Positions 49,260 to 59,813 of a DNA stretch of 64,000 nucleotides are shown here, one piece after another. The notes below the pieces were generated by a model. It was given only the letters and a program-made list of their open reading frames with translations, had not been told where the DNA came from and searched no databases. The stretch's first letter is position 1; the number at the start of each line of letters is the position of its first letter. Origin of the DNA: an uncultured virus (IMG/VR IMGVR_UViG_3300028384_001589) (lineage: Duplodnaviria > Heunggongvirae > Uroviricota > Caudoviricetes); the IMG/VR virus record IMGVR_UViG_3300028384_001589; one strand, 5' to 3'. The position numbers were made by a program, and so were the translations under genes.

Positions 49260-50065
49260 AATTCCAACTCCTCGATAATTCCTAATGCTGTTCCGTTGAT
49301 AAGTTCTCCTGTAGTATAGTTACAATATGCTAACCAATTTTGCCAAGCATAAACTTTTTCTTCGTCTGGATAATATGGATTTTCAATGTCGCTGATTTTT
49401 TTAGTACACAATTCGTCAGCGGCGCCTGGCGCTAATGCAATAGCCGGAACACCTGTGCTAATTGCTTCTGTTGCGGCAATACTGTTATATGTTACAAGAC
49501 AATGAATGTTATCTCTTATTAATTGTGCAGGTACGCTGTTGTCACCAAGCCTTTCTCTACGTAGTCCTTTGTCTCTAATAATAATTTCTCTATCAGTATG
49601 TTTTTGGATTTCGTTAACAGTATCGTAGACCCATCTATCTCTGTCGATACCGTAAAAGTTACAAGGCTTTGCACTTGGCGTTACAACAAGAATAGGACCG
49701 TCAAGTTTTTTCCAACCATCAAACCTTGGTGTGCCTTTGTTTGCTGGTATACGTTCAAATCTATCACCAGGCAAGTCGTAACGTGGAGACATATTCTGCA
49801 CATTATTTTTTACTACTCTATGAAAGTCTTTTCTTTTTTCTAAGTTGCCCATGTATCCTGTGTCAATATAATAAAAATCTCTTTTTTGTTTTTCACATAG
49901 ATGAATAACCTTACGTTCAGTCATTCCTCTGACACTTACAGGAATTTTATCTGTATTTTTTTGTAAACTCTTAAAGCCTGCCGGCGTTGCTTTGTCAAAT
50001 GATTGTATCCAACAAGCAACAATTTGATCTTCAGTATCTGTGATATAAGTTTCTGGTAGTTTCAT
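49253..50065 (-). CDS. glycosyltransferase-like protein (third paralog)
   Basis: YIDTGY, TYNSIAATEAI..GVPA, LAYCNY. Confidence 0.6.
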   Translation of the reverse strand: MKLPETYITDTEDQIVACWIQSFDKATPAGFKSLQKNTDKIPVSVRGMTERKVIHLCEKQKRDFYYIDTGYMGNLEKRKDFHRVVKNNVQNMSPRYDLPGDRFERIPANKGTPRFDGWKKLDGPILVVTPSAKPCNFYGIDRDRWVYDTVNEIQKHTDREIIIRDKGLRRERLGDNSVPAQLIRDNIHCLVTYNSIAATEAISTGVPAIALAPGAADELCTKKISDIENPYYPDEEKVYAWQNWLAYCNYTTGELINGTALGIIEELELC

Positions 50066-50529
50066 AGTCTGTTTCTTAAATTGCGTCTTTTAGCAACGTA
50101 GTGTTGGAATTGGTCTTCATTGTAGTTATTATAGTAGCCTTTCTTTTCCAAGTCAATACTGGCATCATCCAGTTTTGTAATTTTTTGAATAAACACCATT
50201 GTCCATTCATTGTGAAATCCTAATAACCAAATATCTTTTTTCATATGGTTTAGTGCGAAGTTCATTGCTTCTACACTACCTTCAAGATAGTCTAAGCCAA
50301 AAGGATTATGTTTTGAATATACAATAACAACATCTTTTTCTCCTGTAAAGTTTAAAGTTTCTTTTGTAACTACATCTAAAAATTCTCTATAGTCTGCTTC
50401 TACAAATGAAACTTTGTCATTTACAAATGCCGCTTTTGCATAAGGACAAGGCGATAGGTTAGCAAACTGTTCGCTTACTCTTGATAGTTGGCCAAATGCC
50501 CAGTCTTTAACTTTTTCTTCAATCGTCAT
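50062..50529 (-). CDS. hypothetical protein
   Basis: ORF track; PCPYAK motif. Confidence 0.65.
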   Translation of the reverse strand: MTIEEKVKDWAFGQLSRVSEQFANLSPCPYAKAAFVNDKVSFVEADYREFLDVVTKETLNFTGEKDVVIVYSKHNPFGLDYLEGSVEAMNFALNHMKKDIWLLGFHNEWTMVFIQKITKLDDASIDLEKKGYYNNYNEDQFQHYVAKRRNLRNRL

Positions 50530-51211
50530 TTGAGTACATCATATCTGTTAGATATTTTTTCCACACATCTCCATACTCACAGTGTCTATAATTTTCAAAC
50601 CACGGTCCTCCTTCTGTGTAGTGTAATGCACGTGGAGTACCATCTTCAGGTTCTTTATACCAACCAACAAGCCAGTTCCATTCGTGACTTAGTTTTCCTA
50701 TTTCTTCATCTTTGAGCCAACTAAATCTGTGTAGGTACTTGCCCGTTGTTTCTGGATTGTTTACTAACTCTGTTGTCAATGCTTGATTACTTGGATGGCC
50801 GCAGTTGAACAATACAACACTTGACCAGTTCTTGCGTGGATATACTGTTTGTACTTGTCCGTCCATTTTAATTCCTGGCTTAGGTGTGTAATCATGTTGT
50901 ACACACATAACAGCATACTTGTCATCTGCTTGATCAAAAAGATTTTTTACATTTTCTAAAAACACAATGTCGCTGTCACAGAACAATGCCCAGCCTTGAA
51001 AGTTCATTAGTTCGGGAACAAGAAATCTACTAAATGTAAATTCTGTTGAGCCAAGTTTATCAACATCTCTCCAATACCAACCGTGGTCTCTTAGTTCTGA
51101 AAGTTTTAGTGGTTCAACAACTGCTGTTGGAGAATTAACTTCGATACTGTGTTTGCAAACCTGCCACGCAATATCTTCTCTGGTGTCGTATCCGACATAA
51201 ATTTTTTGCAT
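50519..51211 (-). CDS. glycosyltransferase (GT-A, GT8-like)
   Basis: IYVGYD.RE, STEFTFSRF, FCDSD, YPRKNWSS, HYTEGGPWF. Confidence 0.85.
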   Translation of the reverse strand: MQKIYVGYDTREDIAWQVCKHSIEVNSPTAVVEPLKLSELRDHGWYWRDVDKLGSTEFTFSRFLVPELMNFQGWALFCDSDIVFLENVKNLFDQADDKYAVMCVQHDYTPKPGIKMDGQVQTVYPRKNWSSVVLFNCGHPSNQALTTELVNNPETTGKYLHRFSWLKDEEIGKLSHEWNWLVGWYKEPEDGTPRALHYTEGGPWFENYRHCEYGDVWKKYLTDMMYSNDD

Positions 51212-51981
51212 TATCTTCTTTCTATATCTTCTTCAACACATTGATCACCGTACTGCACTTCAAGTATGTGACAAGGATCTGTTGAATTGTTTATTCCTTT
51301 GTGCCATATCATTGGGTCTATTGTGTAGGACCGATCGTGTGCTTTCATGTGTCTATATTCAATACGACCTTCCCATTCTGTTTCAATAGTACATTCACCT
51401 TTGAGAATGTACCAGTTTTCTGCTCTATGCTTATGGCGTTGCATAGACAGACTACTACCTGGTTCAATTACAAGTTCTTTAACTTTGTATCCAGGCTTAT
51501 CGTCAAGCACCCTATACCAACCCCAATCGCGTTGTGTTTTAGGATGTTTGTAATTTTCAAGAATCCAACTTGAACTGTTAATCTTATCTGTACCACCTAC
51601 TCCAAATACAAACGACACTCTTTCGGTATGATCGTAGGTATCCATTTCAGGAACATTACCGTCTACTCTATCTCCGCCGTTTGCAACTATGATTCGATCC
51701 TGACCTCCTGTAGTTGATAATAATTTGAATATTGCTCCTCCAGCGTCATCAAATCTATCATCATTCATTACATCTATCACACGATCAACCATTGTTAAGT
51801 TTTCAATAATTTTTACACGTTCTGCCCAGGGCATAAACGGTGCACCTTTTTTTCGAGTAAGCCATTCGTCGGAGTTAACTCCAACTACAAGTTTATCACC
51901 TAATTTTTTAGCCGCTTCGAAGTAAGCAAGATGTCCGCTGTGTAGTGGATCAAACCCACCTGTTACTAACACATATATCAT
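51211..51981 (-). CDS. cytidylyltransferase fused to a mannose-6-phosphate-isomerase-type cupin
   Basis: TGGFDPLHSGH, NSDEWL.RKKG, SSS; then R.WG.Y.VL, LSMQRH.HR.E.W, EVQYG. Confidence 0.88.
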   Translation of the reverse strand: MIYVLVTGGFDPLHSGHLAYFEAAKKLGDKLVVGVNSDEWLTRKKGAPFMPWAERVKIIENLTMVDRVIDVMNDDRFDDAGGAIFKLLSTTGGQDRIIVANGGDRVDGNVPEMDTYDHTERVSFVFGVGGTDKINSSSWILENYKHPKTQRDWGWYRVLDDKPGYKVKELVIEPGSSLSMQRHKHRAENWYILKGECTIETEWEGRIEYRHMKAHDRSYTIDPMIWHKGINNSTDPCHILEVQYGDQCVEEDIERR

Positions 51982-52046
51982 AACTGTATTTAAATTACAG
52001 CCAGATACAATTTACATTTTTTGAATGCAAAATAAGTAATTTTACC

Positions 52047-52640
52047 ATGGATACATTAAATTTATTTGTCAATAGCATTTGCCGTGCCAGTTTTTCAAAG
52101 CACGAAGAAATGAAAAAACTTTTTGGACGTATTGTTGAAGACTATCAAGCACAGTCTAACAATACCAACATCATGCACGTAAACACTTGGCAAAGCAAGG
52201 ACAACTTTCATACCAATAATGCATTTAAACATATTAGTGAAAGTGATGAAGTAAAAGAATTCTGTAAAGAAATTAACAAGAAGTTTGATATCAAACAAGG
52301 CCAAACTATTGCTATTACCAGAGCAAGTATTCAAATTGTTTATCCTGGTGGTTGTCTTGTAAAACGCAAAAACCCCGCAAGTTTTTATACAGGAATGTAT
52401 TTTGTAAGCAGTGATCCAAAAAGCGGAGGACTTATTATTGACAATCCTGTAAGCGAATATTACTTTAATAATATTCCTATTGAAAACAAAAATGCTTACA
52501 ACAGTTGGCAAACATACTTGCCAATGCCACAGGGAGAAATTTATTTTGTACCTGGCTATTTTGATCTAAGCACATCACCTAATCAAGGCGAATCTCCTTT
52601 GGAAATTTTAACTTTTGATTTTGAGATTATTAAAAAATGA
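52047..52640 (+). CDS. TIGR02466-like oxygenase-fold protein, metal ligands apparently lost
   Basis: WQS, Y.PG, GMYF, G.IYF.PG layout without the HxH/H residues. Confidence 0.55.
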   Translation: MDTLNLFVNSICRASFSKHEEMKKLFGRIVEDYQAQSNNTNIMHVNTWQSKDNFHTNNAFKHISESDEVKEFCKEINKKFDIKQGQTIAITRASIQIVYPGGCLVKRKNPASFYTGMYFVSSDPKSGGLIIDNPVSEYYFNNIPIENKNAYNSWQTYLPMPQGEIYFVPGYFDLSTSPNQGESPLEILTFDFEIIKK

Positions 52641-53053
52641 ATGTAGATAAACTTTTTGAACAAGCAAACCAAAACAAGTTTAGTTATGTTCTAATGTTAC
52701 CTCTTGGCGACAGTGTGTTAGAAGCACACCTTACAGATTGGTTACAACAGCGTGTAAACCTTGTTAAAACGTCTTTTAAGCAACAAAAAGACGTAGTGGG
52801 TATGTTTGAACGTGCTGACTATGTTTTGTGCAGTGTAGACGCTTTAAAATGCGTTTTAGACACCGATAAACCGGTGTTCTTAAACATACATACAGATGAA
52901 TTAGATATTATGAACAGAAGCAATATATTTGTTTTTGATCCATTGCGTAATGAAGATAAAACCAAAATTGATTACGAACCTTACTTAGATTTAGCAACCA
53001 AATGTCTTAAACAAGACTTAGATGATAAATGGATTCCTTATTATGAAGTGTAG
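52637..53053 (+). CDS. hypothetical protein
   Basis: ORF track. Confidence 0.6.
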   Translation: MNVDKLFEQANQNKFSYVLMLPLGDSVLEAHLTDWLQQRVNLVKTSFKQQKDVVGMFERADYVLCSVDALKCVLDTDKPVFLNIHTDELDIMNRSNIFVFDPLRNEDKTKIDYEPYLDLATKCLKQDLDDKWIPYYEV

Positions 53054-53981
53054 TGCTTTTTGGAAACACACTAATATTCGTAGTGGGAACAGAGTGTACC
53101 CGTGCTGTAGGTTTAAACATTCTATAGCAGAATTCCATGGTGACCTTAGTACGGTGTTACACTCTGATGCATACAAAGAACTAAGAGAGCAAAGTGCCGC
53201 AGGAGAACGCATTGCTGGTTGTGAAAAATGTTATTACGAAGAAAGTATTCAACACAAAAGTCTGCGCCAAGAGTTTAATGAAAAGTACGATACAGATTCT
53301 GTAGACTTAGAATTTTTAGAAATTGGATTTGATAACTTGTGTAACTTAACCTGTGATGGTTGTAATTCGGAGTTTAGTACAAGTTGGATTGTAAAAGAAA
53401 AACAAATATACGGAGAAGCAAAGAATAAACTAATGGAGATTGATTCTGTGACCAATGTTCCAGAAACAATTAAGAAAGTATTATTCTTAGGTGGCGAACC
53501 ATTGATTACTGATCGTCATTTAATGTTGTTATATCAAATTAAACACAAAAGTAAAGTAACAGTAATCTACAATACCAATGGAACATTTATTCCTAATGAC
53601 GATATAGTTAAAGAACTAAATCAATACAAAGATGTTACATTTATTCTAAGCATTGACGGCATTGGAGAACTTGCAGAAAAAGTTAGAGGTGGTACTAAGT
53701 GGGCCGACGTAGTTAAGTTTATTGACTGGGTCTACGATAAAGGTTTTAATTTAGAATTTAATACTGTGCTACACAAAAACAATTACATGGGTTTGGAAAA
53801 ACTAAATGACTTTTGCAAACGTTTTGAAGATGTGCGTTGGTATATAAACGTATTAACATATCCATTACATCTTGATATAGCACTGCTTGCCAAGGAAGAA
53901 AAGAAACAATTAATTGATGTAGCAAAGCAGTGTAATGTGCCTAACAAAGAATTTATTGTTAATCACCTACAAACTTCTTAA
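53043..53981 (+). CDS. radical SAM protein with N-terminal twitch/SPASM-like Cys cluster
   Basis: PCC...C.KC...E, CNLTCDGC, GGEP, YNTNGT, SIDG. Confidence 0.88.
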   Translation: MKCSAFWKHTNIRSGNRVYPCCRFKHSIAEFHGDLSTVLHSDAYKELREQSAAGERIAGCEKCYYEESIQHKSLRQEFNEKYDTDSVDLEFLEIGFDNLCNLTCDGCNSEFSTSWIVKEKQIYGEAKNKLMEIDSVTNVPETIKKVLFLGGEPLITDRHLMLLYQIKHKSKVTVIYNTNGTFIPNDDIVKELNQYKDVTFILSIDGIGELAEKVRGGTKWADVVKFIDWVYDKGFNLEFNTVLHKNNYMGLEKLNDFCKRFEDVRWYINVLTYPLHLDIALLAKEEKKQLIDVAKQCNVPNKEFIVNHLQTS

Positions 53982-55122
53982 TTCTATAAAGTAATTCTAC
54001 AGGTTGCTTTTGTTGATAAATTTCAAGATAGTGTTTTCTATTGTATTCTAAAATAGGTTGTATGCTATTATACATATCTCGAATTTCGTGTATGTTTAAA
54101 CTATTCAACCTTTTTATTTCTTTAAATGCAGAATTTATACGCTGACCTGCAAATGTTAATTCGTCATATCGTTCATCTATGACATCATTAAAAGTAATGA
54201 ATCCCATATCTCTTAATAACTTCAATGTGTCTTGTAATCCGATTACAATAAAAGGGTGCTTGTATAAAAATGCTTTTAATACTTTTTCTGTAAAGCCTTT
54301 TCTAACATCATATCCTTCTTCATAGCAGTCGCCTTCGGTAATAATACTAATATAACTTTCCTTGTAGTAGTTTTCACCTGAAGGAAGATTTCTTGCCATA
54401 CTGTTATAAGATGCATTTGATAAATCTAAATCAATAGGAAGATTATCACTTAGTCTTTGTTTGCTTTCATCTGATAACTCTGCTTTCTGTAAAGTCTTGT
54501 CAAGATACTTTCTATGCTCTGGCTGGTCAAGTGTGCCATCAAGAACATATTTGTAATTGCCCAAAGGACAACTTAAAAAAGTATGCTTTGCAATATCGTT
54601 TTCAAGCAAAAAGTCTGTTGTTTGTAATCTATGCAATCGTTCCTGTCTATTCAAGCACAAGAACTTTTTCATACGTAAGTTACTGTTGCCATTCCAATCA
54701 ACACCAATATGATCGTCTACTGTAATACCATCATATCTATCTAAATGTAATTGCACATTAAAGTAAATTTTATTTTCTGTGTCTAATGCTGGATTGTTTG
54801 TTAGTATAACCCAATCTTTTATGTAAGGATTTTTTGCAACAGTTTCTTTTACCATCTTAAGAAATGTAGAGTCTGTAAGCCCCTCGTATGAGTCATCGAT
54901 AACAAGAAAGGTCGGAATCTTGTAAGTTTCAAAGAAATTAGTAAACGTTTTAAATGTATGATCATTATCTCCAACATATTCAAAAAACACTACAACATGA
55001 TCAATGTCTTGAAGTAGTTTATTATTATAACCTTCGAATTCAATTATACCCTTGAAGTTTTCAATAAAAGTTCCAAGGCTTCTTGAACTATTGTCCATTG
55101 TGATTAGTGGTATTTTTTTCAT
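53959..55122 (-). CDS. hypothetical protein (glycosyltransferase-like)
   Basis: FLCLNR..R.HR, IITE, TEK..K...HPF..G. Confidence 0.6.
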   Translation of the reverse strand: MKKIPLITMDNSSRSLGTFIENFKGIIEFEGYNNKLLQDIDHVVVFFEYVGDNDHTFKTFTNFFETYKIPTFLVIDDSYEGLTDSTFLKMVKETVAKNPYIKDWVILTNNPALDTENKIYFNVQLHLDRYDGITVDDHIGVDWNGNSNLRMKKFLCLNRQERLHRLQTTDFLLENDIAKHTFLSCPLGNYKYVLDGTLDQPEHRKYLDKTLQKAELSDESKQRLSDNLPIDLDLSNASYNSMARNLPSGENYYKESYISIITEGDCYEEGYDVRKGFTEKVLKAFLYKHPFIVIGLQDTLKLLRDMGFITFNDVIDERYDELTFAGQRINSAFKEIKRLNSLNIHEIRDMYNSIQPILEYNRKHYLEIYQQKQPVELLYRIKKFVGD

Positions 55123-55982
55123 AATAATTTTACGTTTTTTACTACTGCTTCTTCTTGTGGTTTAAGTTCTGGATTAGCAGGACACATAGCACAAATAGGA
55201 TTAGGTTTAAAAATATTATCTACAAATTCTTGTAGTTCGTTAGCCTCGCAGTCTGGATCTAAAGGCTTGTAATCTACATAAGGCGACCAGTCAATGTCAT
55301 TTAATTGTTTTGCTTTTGTTAGATATGTTTTTAACATACTGATTGGAGGACATTTATACAGTTGACCTTTGTACACTATAGGATAGATATTTACACCACA
55401 TTTTTTATAACTACCTGCAGGATTTCTATCATCCCAAGGTTTTAATTTACCGTCTACTACACGTCGGTAATCATACCAACCACCTTGTGTAGGATCTGTA
55501 ACTTCAACGGTCACTCCGTCAAATTGATGTGCAATATCATTTACAAGACGCCATTGTCCTTTGGAATAAAATGCGTCCCATAAATTTTTTTCTATAAGTT
55601 TTCTTACTTTAGGATTTTTATTATGCAAACTACAACTTATTTTTGCATTACCAATTTGTCTTAGTATCTTGAATAGATCAGGTCTCTTAGGTAATAGAAA
55701 ACCGTTTGTGTATACTTCAATAGTTGCATGATCAAATATTCTCCTTGCCTCTTTGAGGATATCGTAGATGCGTGGATGGAGAAGCGGTTCCCCACCTATG
55801 ATAGTAAAGTGGTCCGGATCCAACCGGCGGAACCACCGCTCCATATTGTTAATTATACCTTCGTAAGATTCAGTGTAAGGCAAATTGTGATCTATAAACC
55901 TGTCACAACCTGGACAAGCAAGATCACAACTTGTAGTGATCATATATTCAAGATTTGGTATATGGTGTCCGCGATTAGTCAA
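55119..55982 (-). CDS. radical SAM protein
   Basis: CDLACPGC, GGEPLLHP, TNG, C-terminal CAMC. Confidence 0.88.
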   Translation of the reverse strand: MTNRGHHIPNLEYMITTSCDLACPGCDRFIDHNLPYTESYEGIINNMERWFRRLDPDHFTIIGGEPLLHPRIYDILKEARRIFDHATIEVYTNGFLLPKRPDLFKILRQIGNAKISCSLHNKNPKVRKLIEKNLWDAFYSKGQWRLVNDIAHQFDGVTVEVTDPTQGGWYDYRRVVDGKLKPWDDRNPAGSYKKCGVNIYPIVYKGQLYKCPPISMLKTYLTKAKQLNDIDWSPYVDYKPLDPDCEANELQEFVDNIFKPNPICAMCPANPELKPQEEAVVKNVKLL

Positions 55983-57036
55983 AGTAACTTTCCAATGTGC
56001 CTTTACGTTTAGTATCTAAAGTAACACAATGGAAGCCGCCTGACAATGTACGTGCTTGACGCATAGGTAACCCAATTGATTCAATACCGTGTTTGTCTAA
56101 TTCTTTACGTAGTTCTTCTTGATTCTCATCACAGATAACCAAGTTTTCATTTACACTCATAAAGTTCAAACCGATATACTTACTGCAAGGAGAAACTCCG
56201 TTTGGTAAGTTAGTACCGATGTCAATTACCTTATCACCAGGGAAGAAAATTTTATCCCATTTCTCAAAGATACTTGGATAAAAGTCAGGACGAATTCTAT
56301 CACCGTTGAATAGCACAAGTCCTGGCTTTAGAGGAATAACTGTACTATCAAAGTGTGAATAACTGTAAAAGCCTTCAGCAAGATGAAGTTTGTATCCTCT
56401 TGGCTCTACAATAGTTTTGAGCCATTCGTACCCAAGTTTAGTTCCACTGTTACTTACTTGATATAATAAATCTTTTCCAAGACGCACAATATTAGGTGCA
56501 TCAAATACAATTTCTTTGTTAACAAGAGTAGGAATACTCAAGTCGTCGAGTTGATAACTTTCGTCAAGTAGTCTTGGACGAGGTGCCGCAATCCATTCCG
56601 AACCACCCTGCATTGCTTCATATAAAAAATCTCTGTATGCAGTTGTTTCGTACTGTCTTGCTCTCATTGCACCAGGACAATCGATAATAAGATTGTCTAA
56701 TGGTAATAGTAAGTCACGTGGACAATATGTATACCAGCCTGTGGTTTTCCAATCAGGCGAACCAAATTCTTTTGAATGATCAATTGACTCTGGACGTCTT
56801 ACTTTAACGCCTAAGTCTGTTAAAACTTTTGCAAAATTATCTAAATCTTCATTCGCTTCGTCGATTACCCACTCTGGCGATGGTCCTTCAAGATCCTTAA
56901 TGTGTTCCCACTTGCAATCTGCAAATCCAAAACTGTGTGTTGATTTATCTACTGTAGGAATACGTGCATGATCGGCAATGCCAACAAACACTTCTTCTAA
57001 CGGATCCCAATCATTGTGACTACTTACCACTGTCAT
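55975..57036 (-). CDS. amidinotransferase (StrB1/AGAT family)
   Basis: SHNDWDPLEEV.VG, CPRD, FDAPN, HFDST, LSGGFHCVTLD. Confidence 0.92.
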   Translation of the reverse strand: MTVVSSHNDWDPLEEVFVGIADHARIPTVDKSTHSFGFADCKWEHIKDLEGPSPEWVIDEANEDLDNFAKVLTDLGVKVRRPESIDHSKEFGSPDWKTTGWYTYCPRDLLLPLDNLIIDCPGAMRARQYETTAYRDFLYEAMQGGSEWIAAPRPRLLDESYQLDDLSIPTLVNKEIVFDAPNIVRLGKDLLYQVSNSGTKLGYEWLKTIVEPRGYKLHLAEGFYSYSHFDSTVIPLKPGLVLFNGDRIRPDFYPSIFEKWDKIFFPGDKVIDIGTNLPNGVSPCSKYIGLNFMSVNENLVICDENQEELRKELDKHGIESIGLPMRQARTLSGGFHCVTLDTKRKGTLESYFD

Positions 57037-57892
57037 TTATTTTTTCTCCAATTAAATCACTAATGCATACTCTATTCACTTCGCCACCACGATTGTATTC
57101 TTTATATTCATCACCACCTAAACCAAACATAATACAATCTGTAGGACGTAGGTTTTTTTCTTCACATACTTGTGTGTACACATCGGTGTATGTTTTCCAA
57201 TTCCAATCAACTGGAAATGTTTTTATTAAACTACTTGCTATACTTAAATCTATCCTGTTGTGCATATCAACAGAATTGAATACGTCAATACCGTCGTCTT
57301 TGTTTGCACGTTCAAGACGAACACCTACTCTTAAAAACTCTGCGCCATAGAATGCTTTACTAATACTAAATGTAATTGTTTCCACAGCCGGGTAGTTGCT
57401 AAGATTCAAATTAATATTTTTTGTACAAGGATAGTAAGCAAAGTCAAGCAGTACAGGGATATTAAATTGTTCTGCATTTAACAACAACATATCTGTTGCA
57501 GGGTGTTGAATACCTCTATCACTAAAAGGTACACTTAGTACAAGTGCATCACCTTCTTGTAAAGGTATATCGTTAATCCATTCAAACTGGCTTCCGTTTT
57601 TTAGGCAAGCCTGATGATACATAAACTCGCCTTTGAAAAATCTAAAACGTTTTTCTTTGTGTCTATAATGGAAATGATCAAACGCTTGTACAGTTCCGTT
57701 ACATAATGTAATGTCCGGAAACTCTTCAATACCTTTGATAAAGTTATACTGACTTGAAAGAATCCAATCTACAAATTCATACTTAAATTCTTGTGGTAAT
57801 TTCGGATTATATAGATCTTTTACAGGATCTAAACTTTCGATAAACTCTTTTACCTTGTTATCAGGTATAGGTTTAGCACCCCTTAAATTCAT
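57020..57892 (-). CDS. PLP-dependent fold-type I enzyme (short)
   Basis: GT.QAFD, S.PFS, DFAY, FSISKAF...LRVG. Confidence 0.7.
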   Translation of the reverse strand: MNLRGAKPIPDNKVKEFIESLDPVKDLYNPKLPQEFKYEFVDWILSSQYNFIKGIEEFPDITLCNGTVQAFDHFHYRHKEKRFRFFKGEFMYHQACLKNGSQFEWINDIPLQEGDALVLSVPFSDRGIQHPATDMLLLNAEQFNIPVLLDFAYYPCTKNINLNLSNYPAVETITFSISKAFYGAEFLRVGVRLERANKDDGIDVFNSVDMHNRIDLSIASSLIKTFPVDWNWKTYTDVYTQVCEEKNLRPTDCIMFGLGGDEYKEYNRGGEVNRVCISDLIGEKINDSGK

Positions 57893-58391
57893 TTCTAACT
57901 CCAGTTATTTGCATTGTGTACTTAGGTTCCATTCCGTTGTTAGCACTCAAATGCGGTTCATCTTTTTCTATAATTATAGCATCACCACGCTTCCAATGCA
58001 AGATCGGAGTTTCATTTATTTCAAAGTAATGACCCGATTTCCAATCTTCAAGAAAAATATTAACACGAATACAGTCTGTTGGGTCAACATTAAATTTTTT
58101 AGATACCATATAAAAAGTGTCTACATGGCTTGGCAATGTTTGTCCTGACAGTTGATACATAAACGCAATAGTATATCTATCAAACAATGTGTCTGCAAAG
58201 TCTGTGTGTTCTTTTAGTGTTGAAAAGGCTTGTTTGTATTTTGTATTTTCTTTATTAAAACCTGCAAGAAAATATTTTCTATTTTGTTCTTCGAAAGCCT
58301 TTGATCTTCCTTCATATGTAACATTATCTTTGTCTTCCCACATCAAAGATTTATATTGAAATTTTGGTAGTTTTAATTTTATTTGTTCCAT
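57873..58391 (-). CDS. cupin/2OG-oxygenase-like protein
   Basis: LPSHVD, RVNIFLEDWKSGH, PH...N.G, YTMQITG. Confidence 0.65.
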   Translation of the reverse strand: MEQIKLKLPKFQYKSLMWEDKDNVTYEGRSKAFEEQNRKYFLAGFNKENTKYKQAFSTLKEHTDFADTLFDRYTIAFMYQLSGQTLPSHVDTFYMVSKKFNVDPTDCIRVNIFLEDWKSGHYFEINETPILHWKRGDAIIIEKDEPHLSANNGMEPKYTMQITGVRNEFKGC

Positions 58392-59125
58392 GGTTGATCG
58401 TATGGCGTTCCTGTTTTTTCATCATACCAATATAAACTTCTATGTGGAGGATGCTTATCGTCATGCTTGGCATTACTAACATAATAGAAAAACCTTATAC
58501 CCTTTCTGCTTACACCTTCTGGACAAATCATTGGGTCTGGATACCCATGAAATGCAAAGTTATTGTAGTTCCAAATCACACAGTTGCCTGCACCTACAGG
58601 AACTTTAGTGTGGACCTTGTCACGTTTTGTATCATAAAACTGCAACTGTCCTCCCCAATCTTCTTCCCATTCTTCGTTAAGATAAATTACAACACTTAAC
58701 ATTCTGTGTAGTCTTAGTTCTTCATTCCAGTTAAAATCTGTGTGTACTTTTAGACTATCGCCTGCAAATGATTTCATATATCCTGCACCAATAAGATGTG
58801 GATCAGGAATTAAATCAACAGTGTCTGTTACTTCTTGTAACCATTTAATAAATGTAGAACTGTGCAGTGCGTGTACCACTGCATCTTGCACAGGTGTACG
58901 ATCTACATTATTGAACTCGTACATACATGATCCTGCTCTTGTAAAATGCTTACATTCTTCTAATGGTAAATCGTCAAGTTCTTTAGCCATTAGTGTAACT
59001 AAATCTTTTGGAATAAAGTTATCTAATGTTAATAAACTATAATCAGGATGACTACGATACTGCTTTTGCAGTTCATATGTTTCGGGGAACGTTTTTAAAA
59101 TATGGTTGACAAGTTGTTGTTTCAT
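58379..59125 (-). CDS. 2OG-Fe(II) oxygenase (proline-hydroxylase-like)
   Basis: PDPHL.GAG, VHTDFN, YLNEEW..DWGG.L, FHGYP, RK...FYY. Confidence 0.9.
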   Translation of the reverse strand: MKQQLVNHILKTFPETYELQKQYRSHPDYSLLTLDNFIPKDLVTLMAKELDDLPLEECKHFTRAGSCMYEFNNVDRTPVQDAVVHALHSSTFIKWLQEVTDTVDLIPDPHLIGAGYMKSFAGDSLKVHTDFNWNEELRLHRMLSVVIYLNEEWEEDWGGQLQFYDTKRDKVHTKVPVGAGNCVIWNYNNFAFHGYPDPMICPEGVSRKGIRFFYYVSNAKHDDKHPPHRSLYWYDEKTGTPYDQPWNK

Positions 59126-59186
59126 TATGAAATATTTACATTGCCAGGGTTAAGATTTACAAAAATGTGGCAGTATAAATATTGGT

Positions 59187-59813
59187 ATGAACGAATACGA
59201 CAAAATCAAAAATTTATTACAATACACTACAACCAGCAATCAAACATACAACGGCGAACAGTATGAAGGCGGATATCATTCTTTAAATATTCACGGTGTA
59301 GAAACCAAAGGTCAACGTAAGCCAGGAAAACGTTTAGAAGATGTTCCTTTTGATTTTACAAACAAAACTGTATTAGATATTGGTAGTAATCAAGGAGGTA
59401 TGCTGTTTGAGATTCAAAATAAAATCAAAGAAGGTGTAGGTATTGATTTTGATCATAGGCTTGTTAACGTATCAAACCGAATTAAAAGTTCACACAATTA
59501 CAGTAATTTAAATTTTTATGTATTTGATTTAGACAAAGAAAATTTTAATCTTATTAATAATTTTGCACAAAACAAATTTGATATTATATTTTTATTAGCA
59601 GTATGTATGTGGATCAAACCATGGAAAGAATTAATCACATGGTGCAGTCAAAATGCAAAAAGTTGTTTATTTGAAACCAATGGTAAAAAGCACGAACAAA
59701 AAGAACAAGCAGAATTTCTGAAAACAGTTTATAAAAACGTAACACTTATTAGAGCAAAAAGTACAGACGATGCAAGTCAGTCTAAAAGGAGTTTGTACTA
59801 CTGTGAAAATTAA
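59187..59813 (+). CDS. class I SAM-dependent methyltransferase
   Basis: KTVLDIGSNQGGM, GID, FDIIFLLAV. Confidence 0.8.
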   Translation: MNEYDKIKNLLQYTTTSNQTYNGEQYEGGYHSLNIHGVETKGQRKPGKRLEDVPFDFTNKTVLDIGSNQGGMLFEIQNKIKEGVGIDFDHRLVNVSNRIKSSHNYSNLNFYVFDLDKENFNLINNFAQNKFDIIFLLAVCMWIKPWKELITWCSQNAKSCLFETNGKKHEQKEQAEFLKTVYKNVTLIRAKSTDDASQSKRSLYYCEN

